This document shows positions 54,449-61,414 of a DNA stretch of 61,414 bases, in pieces. Source of the stretch: a virus (Duplodnaviria > Caudoviricetes); IMG/VR virus record IMGVR_UViG_3300027733_000059, positions 1-61,414 of that record, one strand, 5' to 3'. Each line of letters begins with the position of its first letter. The stretch's first letter is position 1. The notes under the pieces are model-generated. The model worked only from the letters and a program-made list of their open reading frames with translations, made no database searches and had not been told where the DNA came from. Both the position numbers and the translations under genes were made by a program.

Positions 54449-54618
54449 TCTTACCTCCTATGACGGCACTTGGGTAGCCCAAGTAAACCGTCTAGGTCAC
54501 ACGGACACAAAGATAAGACGACAACTCGGGCGACTAGCGCACATTGCTCATAGTGTATCAGTCTCTATTTTTGCGCTAATTTTTATTACGAATCAAAGTT
54601 GAGCCGACCCGACTCAAG

Positions 54619-54900
54619 TTATGAAGTTCTGCGAAGTCTTTCTTCTTGAATCATATTAAGGGTAAGGAAGTAACCGATTCCATCCACGACTGTATCGGGC
54701 TTGGTTTGATTAACTTCACGGGCAATCTTCATTCCAACCATACAAAGGCTTACCTGCTCCGCTGAGACCTCACAGCCCAGGATTACAGACCAAATCTGCG
54801 CTGCCCTAGTGAAGTTATCCAAGGGATGCCCGTAGGCGTCCTGACGCTCTCCTGAGACCAACTCAGCAGCATATAAAGCGATGTCTCTTGGGTCGTTCAT
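54619..54900 (-). CDS. DUF6378-like protein
   Basis: AAELVSGERQDAYGHPLDNF...MKIAR...VDGIGY. Confidence 0.7.
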   Translation of the reverse strand: MNDPRDIALYAAELVSGERQDAYGHPLDNFTRAAQIWSVILGCEVSAEQVSLCMVGMKIAREVNQTKPDTVVDGIGYFLTLNMIQEERLRRTS

Positions 54901-56147
54901 AATACCTGGATGTCCGACACTCCCCGACTGCTCACTAGGAATGTCAGAACTCCCACATCCGCAATCTCCCCCGTTGATTGTCTCCACCACACGCTTCCCC
55001 CGTCGAGGGCTGGTGCTTGCAGCCATTTGACTCCTCCCCAATCCGCTAGTTTGAATGAATGATAGTGACCAGTCACCAAGATGTCACAGTCGCCGATTTT
55101 TTGACGCCCTAGTGTTTGGTCAGCAATCCACCTACGCAACTTACCTTCAACTCCCTGTCCCGAGCGAGCAAGGTGTCCGTGGGTGATTCCAATAATTTGT
55201 CCGTGAACTTCAAGAGTCAGGCTCAACTCATCGGTTGGAATTGCAAACTTGATATGACCATAGGCGTCAGGATTGGCTTGGAAGATTTCAGCAACGGACT
55301 CAACTAAAGCGACATCATCATTATCGCCAAGTGTTGTGAACGCTTTTCCGTTCTTACGGTTTTCGCCGTGGTTTCCGCCAATTGCTGCAACGGTGATTGA
55401 CGGGACAACTCGAGACCAGCGGATGAGTGCATCTCTCAAAAGGCGACGAGCAATCTTTACTTGGTCACGCCTATCGACTTCAACTGTGAAAGTCTGAATG
55501 TCGTAATGACCATCGCATCCTTCAACTAAATCGCCAAGGCAAAGAACTGTAATCGAATCGATGGGGCGACCTAGTTTCTTTAATTCTTTTAATCTGAACT
55601 CAACATCATCTATTGCTTGAAGCCAGCGACCAACTAAACCCTTAAGCCCATCACCATCTCTTTTTCCTACTTGCCAATCAGAGGCACAAACAACAAGACT
55701 CGCCCCGCCATCAATTTCTTTTCTTTCGCGAGGTTTATGTTTTTTAATTTCAGCAATAAGAGATTCAATGTCGGCAGTTTCTTGTCGTCCTTTACGAACT
55801 ACTTTGCCTTTCCATTGGCGATTGAGAATTCCTAAAGTATCGCCCCACACATTGAAAAGAACTGGTTCTACAACTGCAAAATGCTCAGGGTCCAAGCCCC
55901 ACATTTTTAATACGCCCGACCAATCGGGATGAACCTCACCCTCAACTGGAGGTGTAGTTATTGTTCCCTCGTCGCCCATCCAGGTAACTCCAGGCGTCCA
56001 TTCGGCTTGTCTTTGTCGTGGCTCAGTTTTTTGAACTGAGGCAATCTCTGTTGTCTTTAAGAGATTGTCTAAAGCATCATCAAGATTCAATTGGACACTT
56101 ACATCCGTCTTTGCCGAATAGCCTTCTACGATGTCTACGCATAACAT
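54897..56147 (-). CDS. Calcineurin-like metallophosphoesterase
   Basis: SDWQVG; LGDLVEG; GNHG; THGH; GHYH. Confidence 0.85.
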   Translation of the reverse strand: MLCVDIVEGYSAKTDVSVQLNLDDALDNLLKTTEIASVQKTEPRQRQAEWTPGVTWMGDEGTITTPPVEGEVHPDWSGVLKMWGLDPEHFAVVEPVLFNVWGDTLGILNRQWKGKVVRKGRQETADIESLIAEIKKHKPRERKEIDGGASLVVCASDWQVGKRDGDGLKGLVGRWLQAIDDVEFRLKELKKLGRPIDSITVLCLGDLVEGCDGHYDIQTFTVEVDRRDQVKIARRLLRDALIRWSRVVPSITVAAIGGNHGENRKNGKAFTTLGDNDDVALVESVAEIFQANPDAYGHIKFAIPTDELSLTLEVHGQIIGITHGHLARSGQGVEGKLRRWIADQTLGRQKIGDCDILVTGHYHSFKLADWGGVKWLQAPALDGGSVWWRQSTGEIADVGVLTFLVSSRGVSDIQVL

Positions 56148-56463
56148 CAGAGCCTACCGCAATGTCAAATGTTGCTAACAATTCAACTAGGCGAGCCGAG
56201 TTAATCTTTTCATTCATCAATGCTTCTTTAAATTTAGTTCGTGCTGGTTCGGGCAACTCATTTGTAATCCTTCTTACCGAGCAGCCGTCTTGAACCTTCC
56301 ATACACCAACTAATTCATCAAGTGCTGAAACGAACTCATCCTGATTTATTTTTGGATTTACAGCGGGGGCAGCGGATACTCCACGGACGCGTTGCACTTT
56401 CGAAGAGGAGCCTGTCGCATTTCCAACATCGCTGGAACTCATCGGTTGTTGCGTTTCTTCCAT
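56080..56463 (-). CDS. Hypothetical protein
   Basis: C...RRHRRR...CKC; lies upstream of the phosphoesterase. Confidence 0.55.
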   Translation of the reverse strand: MEETQQPMSSSDVGNATGSSSKVQRVRGVSAAPAVNPKINQDEFVSALDELVGVWKVQDGCSVRRITNELPEPARTKFKEALMNEKINSARLVELLATFDIAVGSDVMRRHRRRLFGKDGCKCPIES

Positions 56464-56521
56464 ACGGGTCCACTACTCTCTCTTGTGGAGCAGACTCCTC
56501 GTTTACATCCGTACTAGACAT
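56336..56521 (-). CDS. Mu Com-like zinc-ribbon protein
   Basis: RCWKCDRLL...IRCPRCKSKN. Confidence 0.65.
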   Translation of the reverse strand: MSSTDVNEESAPQERVVDPYGRNATTDEFQRCWKCDRLLFESATRPWSIRCPRCKSKNKSG

Positions 56522-56904
56522 CGGAAATTCACCGAGATTAGTGGACGATACTTTGGGTCTACTCCTAGTTGATTGACTGAACCCATAGGTTCAATCCTCA
56601 TAATATGCACCCCCGAGATGGAAGTTTCAACTACCGACGCGAGCAAAATTCTAATCGTGTCGGCTTTGTCCCTAGCAGTTGGATAATCTTCGCGCCCTGC
56701 TCGGCAGATAATTTGAATCATTGGGTAATCGATACGGATACCGCCCGCGCCCATTGTGAAGGCTGGTGAACTGCCTGAGTTCTCATAGACAGCAACACAG
56801 GCATCAGGGGACTCGGGCAAGGTACCAAGGAAGATAGATGTGCCTAGAGTGCCTTGGCTATTGGTCACAAGATAATCGCCTATTGATTCAAGAATGGTTG
56901 CCAT
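56503..56904 (-). CDS. Tail terminator / minor neck protein
   Basis: IFLGTLPESPD...LGVDPKYRPLISVNF. Confidence 0.7.
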   Translation of the reverse strand: MATILESIGDYLVTNSQGTLGTSIFLGTLPESPDACVAVYENSGSSPAFTMGAGGIRIDYPMIQIICRAGREDYPTARDKADTIRILLASVVETSISGVHIMRIEPMGSVNQLGVDPKYRPLISVNFRCLVRM

Positions 56905-57308
56905 CAGTTACTCCTACTTTTTAGAATGTGCATTATTCTACGCGAGATGTTATTTTGAATTTGAGCGAGAGATTCCATAAATGGCTGTTCGAGATATTTA
57001 GCCTGGGTCGGTGGATTATGGTAGTTACCAATGATTTCGTGGACATAGAGCGCGTATGGCGCTGCTGGACCACCATAAAAGATGTCTACATAAATGCCTT
57101 GACCCGAGCCTTGAGGGGCGCTTACTCCGCCTGAACCGCGGAGAACTCCCGTATCAACTGGGACAAGAATCTGTGATTTAGCAAAGATATTGTTGGCTTC
57201 TTCCCAAATTGCCTGGGCAACTGCTTTAGGAGCCTGTAATTGGGCTGCACGTAGAACGGCTTGCAACTCGGCATCACCCTCGAGGGTGAATGTATATGTA
57301 TCCGCCAT
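56904..57308 (-). CDS. HK97 gp10-like neck protein
   Basis: VPVDTGVLRGS...YALYVHE...AKYLEQP. Confidence 0.8.
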   Translation of the reverse strand: MADTYTFTLEGDAELQAVLRAAQLQAPKAVAQAIWEEANNIFAKSQILVPVDTGVLRGSGGVSAPQGSGQGIYVDIFYGGPAAPYALYVHEIIGNYHNPPTQAKYLEQPFMESLAQIQNNISRRIMHILKSRSN

Positions 57309-57310
57309 AA

Positions 57311-57640
57311 CTACCGCCCAAATCGAATGACGGTGTGATGCGCTCCGTTTTCATCTGCGATGTTATCTACTGCGTTTACCGTAAAAGTGTCCGCCCCAAT
57401 GACCATTTTATGAGAAACCGTAATTGTTGTTGCTGGTCCTTTTGTAATAAAACGCCCAACATCTACAACTTCAATACCTTGAACATCTTTAGATTTAACT
57501 GTGTCGTAAATAAGGCGACCAACAACTGTTGTATCACCGCTAAAAGTGGGTTTGTTGTATTTATCAACTGAAGTCTTGGCTGTAAAAACAACCGAATCAG
57601 TCATAAACTCAGCGACTTTAGAGTAGATAGCGTCAGCCAT
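57311..57640 (-). CDS. Head closure / stopper protein
   Basis: Position in neck cluster; beta-rich 109 aa. Confidence 0.6.
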   Translation of the reverse strand: MADAIYSKVAEFMTDSVVFTAKTSVDKYNKPTFSGDTTVVGRLIYDTVKSKDVQGIEVVDVGRFITKGPATTITVSHKMVIGADTFTVNAVDNIADENGAHHTVIRFGR

Positions 57641-57648
57641 AGTGACTC

Positions 57649-58095
57649 CTACTCAGGAACGCGCTGGTCGTAGATGTTGTTTGGGTTGTCGTGGACACCA
57701 GCATAGAAATCTGTGTTGTAATCCTGAACACTTCTATCATTGGTTGAGAGCAAACTGTTGGCATTAGCCTTCATTGTTGGAGGGGACTTACGCATCTTGC
57801 GGTCAAGGAATGAGTTGGCAAGGTCTTGGTATTGCTTGCTCTTTGCAGTAAAGGACTCAGAAACAGAGATGTCTCCGACGCTCTTTGAGGTGCTATCTGC
57901 CAAACGGCTAAAGCGTGAGACTAGAGTTTCACAGGCTGCACGACAGATTTCATAAACATTTGTACCCCACTCAGTAATCAAGTAATCCAACTCTTCATCA
58001 GTAAACAAAGCATCAGTTGATACTGTGTCGTTGATGAGAAAACGCACCTTGTTACGGGTGCTAGTAGTTGGGTCTCCCGAGTAGGTGAAAGTCAT
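57649..58095 (-). CDS. Head-to-tail adaptor
   Basis: FTYSGDP...VRFLINDT...FTDEEL...KSVGDISVS. Confidence 0.75.
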   Translation of the reverse strand: MTFTYSGDPTTSTRNKVRFLINDTVSTDALFTDEELDYLITEWGTNVYEICRAACETLVSRFSRLADSTSKSVGDISVSESFTAKSKQYQDLANSFLDRKMRKSPPTMKANANSLLSTNDRSVQDYNTDFYAGVHDNPNNIYDQRVPE

Positions 58096-58307
58096 TACAT
58101 TCCACCTAGTAACAAATTAGTAGTAACCACGCTGTCATTTGTTGCAGCGCTGGCTGATGTTATGTAGGTTGAAGCAGCGGTGGCTGTTGTTAAATAGTCA
58201 TTTAACTCAGTATCTACATCTGTTGCAAGGTTGAAAATGTCTGTGTGAACAGCAGGATTATCACCTGCGGTTGGGTATCGTAAGCCTTTGGATGTTGTGC
58301 CAGCCAT
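58095..58307 (-). CDS. Small structural protein
   Basis: MAGTTSKGLRYP...NLATDVD; AGGAG RBS. Confidence 0.55.
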   Translation of the reverse strand: MAGTTSKGLRYPTAGDNPAVHTDIFNLATDVDTELNDYLTTATAASTYITSASAATNDSVVTTNLLLGGM

Positions 58308-58360
58308 TATTGCTCCTATCTTGAGGTCATTAGTATACCCCCACAAAAAATAAGCATATA

Positions 58361-59251
58361 ATGTCGGCTATGGCGGATAAACTTTTTGTTTCTATTGCAT
58401 CATTTTTAGATACAGAACTGCGCCCAACCGTTGAGCGTCTTTTATCTACTGCCAAAAATCCTGAGAATATATCTGTCTTTGTCTTTTCTCAGAACGAAGA
58501 TGATGCCCACCCCGAATTAGATTCATTGTTTTCCAAGTACGGCGGGACTTTAAATTACACAAAAATCAACTACAAAGATACCCGTGGAGTTTGCTGGGTC
58601 AGGGCTGAAATCCTCAAGAATTTAAACCAAGAATATAAATACTACCTGCAACTCGATAGCCATATGGCTTTTGCTGCCAACTGGGATTTGATTCTTATAG
58701 AGGATTACCAAAAGGCTTTAGATGCGGTAGGCGACTGCATCTATACCGTTTACCCTCCAGGCTATGACTATTCAGGCGATGGTGTGATGTTGGATTATGT
58801 GGCGCACATTCCCCGCATACCTATCTATATTGAGGGGAAGCCAACTAAATTCCTTCCAAAAGAAGTGGACTCAATAAGAACATCTTTATTTCCAAAACCT
58901 TATGGGAGTAAGTCTTTTTGGTTTTCAGGTAACTTTGCTTTTGGTCACAGCAGGTACTTCATAGAAACTCCTTATGACCCAAACTTTTTCTTTGACGGAG
59001 AAGAACACTCAATGTCTTTGCGAATGTACTCAAAAGGGGTGACATTTTTAGCCCCTCCGCGTCAATGTGTCTACCATTACTACGGAGTAGACAGAAAGAT
59101 TTATGTACACGATTTAAACTTATTTGATGAATACTACAAAAAAGCAGATGTTCATATTGAAGATTTTTTTGCCTTTAGGATTGACGGAGAGTATGGAGTA
59201 ACTCCCGATGTCATCTATAAATGGATAATGACATCAAGGGATAGTAGGTAA
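58361..59251 (+). CDS. GlcNAc-transferase-like glycosyltransferase (GT-A)
   Basis: FVSIASFLD...RGVCWVR...LQLDSHMAF...FFFDGEE. Confidence 0.8.
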   Translation: MSAMADKLFVSIASFLDTELRPTVERLLSTAKNPENISVFVFSQNEDDAHPELDSLFSKYGGTLNYTKINYKDTRGVCWVRAEILKNLNQEYKYYLQLDSHMAFAANWDLILIEDYQKALDAVGDCIYTVYPPGYDYSGDGVMLDYVAHIPRIPIYIEGKPTKFLPKEVDSIRTSLFPKPYGSKSFWFSGNFAFGHSRYFIETPYDPNFFFDGEEHSMSLRMYSKGVTFLAPPRQCVYHYYGVDRKIYVHDLNLFDEYYKKADVHIEDFFAFRIDGEYGVTPDVIYKWIMTSRDSR

Positions 59252-60001
59252 TTTTTTGAATTGCTGTGTATCCCAATGGGTTGATTGAACATTTATCAAA
59301 TCGCAATAAGTCTCAATATCATCCCTTGTCGAATAGATATTAAATAAGGGTTGCTTAAACCAATGCCAGTCCAAGGGTAAAAATATTCCTTCTTTGACTT
59401 GTTTTAGTAGTTTTTCAACTCCTTTGCGGTTAATAATGTAACAGGCGTTTGAGTCGTTTATGTAAGGAAGTGATATTTTAGAATTTATATTAACTGGTTT
59501 GGTTTTAAAATATATTTTTTCTCTTGGAACACAAAAATGGTAAATTTCCCAATCTTCAGGCAGTTCATTTAAGCACTCTTGAAAAACTTCAAAAGAACCT
59601 TCTTTGAAGTAGACATCATCTTCTACTAGCATTACATAGTCATAGTCAGTTTTAAGAAAGTTTATCCAAGCCGTGTAATTACTTGCCCATATACCAATCT
59701 GCCCATATTTCCAGCCAAGGGGCAAGGATTCTTCTTTTCTATAAATAGGTGCAAAGTTCTCGGGGTCATAGCCGTCAGGGTCTACTTTGAACTCTTGGTT
59801 CTTGGAAAGAAATTCTTCTAATGTTTCCTGGGAGTCAATCTTTATTGTTTTTGAATTTAACTCAGGTAGTTGATTTCTTAAATAATCTTTAGATTTATTT
59901 GCATTGGTTTGTCTTAAAAATGAGTCAAAGCCTTTAGATTCAAATAACTGTATGTTTAGTTTTTTTTCTATGTTAAATAAATAAAAGCAACCTTTTAACA
60001 T
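59234..60001 (-). CDS. Glycosyltransferase family 25-like
   Basis: GQIGIWASNY...MLVEDD...CYIINRKGVEKL...PLD. Confidence 0.75.
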   Translation of the reverse strand: MLKGCFYLFNIEKKLNIQLFESKGFDSFLRQTNANKSKDYLRNQLPELNSKTIKIDSQETLEEFLSKNQEFKVDPDGYDPENFAPIYRKEESLPLGWKYGQIGIWASNYTAWINFLKTDYDYVMLVEDDVYFKEGSFEVFQECLNELPEDWEIYHFCVPREKIYFKTKPVNINSKISLPYINDSNACYIINRKGVEKLLKQVKEGIFLPLDWHWFKQPLFNIYSTRDDIETYCDLINVQSTHWDTQQFKKLPTIP

Positions 60002-60678
60002 TATTTATCCTTTTGTAGATTAAAATACTCAATTCCCACAGAGAACCTTTTAATATGTTGAACTGTTGCTTTCTTGCATATAGTTAAAGGGATATTGCAA
60101 GCCTTAGTATTTCTAAAAAAGGTTATATCTTCTCCAAGGCTGGCTTGCCCGTGGAAGAAATTGGTGTTGCCTCCAAACTTTTCTACTAATTTTGTTATTA
60201 CACTTCTATGGATTAGAAGAAATCCAAATCCAGCAGCATCGGCAGAAAAAAGTTCTTCTTCTTTTTCAATGTCTATGGACTCAACTGATTCAAAGTCATT
60301 TTTAGTTGTAAAAACAGATGAAAAGGCTGGGGGAGTTTTTCCTTCTTTTCCGTTTAGCAAAAGATAATAAATTCCTGAAACTATAGGGTTTGAATTTTTA
60401 TCAGCAATCTCCCATAAGTCTTTTACATTTTGCAACTCAACAATAATGTCTGAATCTATGCTTAATAACCATTCGTGGTTATTAGCGTTATACCAATTAG
60501 CAATAATATCCATTCTTTGTTTTGCTAATTGATTTCCGCAATTTCGCATTACTGCTCCGATTGGGATTCCAAATGCCTCACCGTTAAGGGCTAATTCTGT
60601 TAATTTCTGAGTAAATAAACCATCGGTCATTCCATTATCGCACCAAGCAATATTTATTGTTTCATTTGCAGTATGCAA
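60001..60678 (-). CDS. GT-A fold glycosyltransferase-like protein
   Basis: LLSIDSDI...VSGIY...GFGFLLIHRSV...GEDITFF. Confidence 0.75.
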   Translation of the reverse strand: MHTANETINIAWCDNGMTDGLFTQKLTELALNGEAFGIPIGAVMRNCGNQLAKQRMDIIANWYNANNHEWLLSIDSDIIVELQNVKDLWEIADKNSNPIVSGIYYLLLNGKEGKTPPAFSSVFTTKNDFESVESIDIEKEEELFSADAAGFGFLLIHRSVITKLVEKFGGNTNFFHGQASLGEDITFFRNTKACNIPLTICKKATVQHIKRFSVGIEYFNLQKDK

Positions 60679-60711
60679 TTTCGGCTCTCCCGTCTTTGAG
60701 ATTACCTTACT

Positions 60712-60963
60712 CTACATAGATATTATTTGTCGATTTGCAAACATAATTAAAACTTCTTCTGCTTCCTCGGTTGTGAGTTCACGAAAAGCATAGTTTTCTA
60801 ATCCCGAAGTATCGGCTCCTTCTTGAAAAGTTCCAAAGATTGTGTTCTCGTCTATATGAAACAATCCCCCTGCGGTAAAACCTTTTTTCATTATTTCCTG
60901 GTCTGCCGTATAACCATATTTACCGCTATCAGGAAAATATATTTTCCAAGTAGCATATCTCAT
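60712..60963 (-). CDS. Hypothetical protein
   Basis: 83 aa; overlaps the previous stop; GAGG RBS. Confidence 0.55.
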   Translation of the reverse strand: MRYATWKIYFPDSGKYGYTADQEIMKKGFTAGGLFHIDENTIFGTFQEGADTSGLENYAFRELTTEEAEEVLIMFANRQIISM

Positions 60964-61376
60964 AAAAGTTCCTCTTTTTTATCTTGGGGGATTTGATTAT
61001 CTTGTTTGTAAAAATTTGGGTCAAGGCTTGGCAACATCCCGATTTGATGCAGCGCATCTAATGAAGCCCAAGCAACTGTTCCACCTGAACCAATGGCTTC
61101 TAAAGAGGCTTGCCTGTTCAAACGAGCGTTCCAATACGCAGGTTGCATATTTTCAATTTCTTCGGCTGTGTATTTATGTTCCCAATTTTCCCATACTTGT
61201 AAAAGATACTCTAATTCTTTCAAGGCGCCGTGCAATCCCAATTTGGTATCTTCTAAATCTAATTCAATTAACTCAGCATCTATTTGTGAAATTGCATCTT
61301 TTTTTGCTCTCAAAGTATCTAAATAAATTTTTGTTTTTTCTGTTGTAAGATGAATTCTTTTTATATTTCCAACCAA
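60960..61376 (-). CDS. 3' part of the same origin-spanning hypothetical protein
   Basis: Overlaps the terminal repeat in frame with ORF 10..288. Confidence 0.8.
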   Translation of the reverse strand: MVGNIKRIHLTTEKTKIYLDTLRAKKDAISQIDAELIELDLEDTKLGLHGALKELEYLLQVWENWEHKYTAEEIENMQPAYWNARLNRQASLEAIGSGGTVAWASLDALHQIGMLPSLDPNFYKQDNQIPQDKKEELL

Positions 61377-61414
61377 AGTTTGTATTTCTAAAACAACCTG
61401 CTTATAGCGTTGCT
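61278..61414. repeat. Terminal direct repeat / assembly overlap, right copy
   Basis: Matches 1-137; indicates a circular or terminally redundant complete genome. Confidence 0.97.

Noticed and set aside
1-61414. Integrase, DNA polymerase, reverse transcriptase/DGR, rRNA, tRNA
   Set aside because: No supporting motifs were seen by eye; tRNAscan and HMM searches would be needed to exclude them formally

Overview
The window is an essentially complete, circularly permuted genome of a tailed (siphovirus-type) phage. Positions 1-137 repeat at 61278-61414 with one mismatch. The host is probably an actinobacterium: there are two WhiB-like genes, an actinobacterial-type SSB, an actinobacterial-style LexA box and apparently leaderless genes. 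The moderate GC suggests a freshwater low-GC lineage (inference). Minus-strand order round the circle: terminase, an early/accessory block (partly on +), portal, short MuF, effector cassette, XkdF-type prohead protease, scaffold, cement, major capsid, fibre-like genes, glycosyltransferases, neck, tail, lysis, recombination/replication. No integrase, tRNA, rRNA or CRISPR was seen. The standout feature is a ~9.4 kb cassette (8310-17730) between MuF and the scaffold. It encodes polyproteins whose enzyme-like modules each start with the same tag, [VIL]-x-K|H-x(2-4)-HDQ-x-[TS]-HG-x-W-A. There are 10 copies; the tenth lacks W-A and is reachable only by a -1 slip. Modules include two ADP-ribosyltransferases, two GNATs, an HEXXH zincin, a ParB/Srx-like domain and a RelA/SpoT-like alarmone synthetase, with candidate immunity ORFs nested or fused nearby. 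This reads as a protease-processed, tag-addressed arsenal of virion-delivered effectors. All family assignments are from motif recognition by eye, not database searches.
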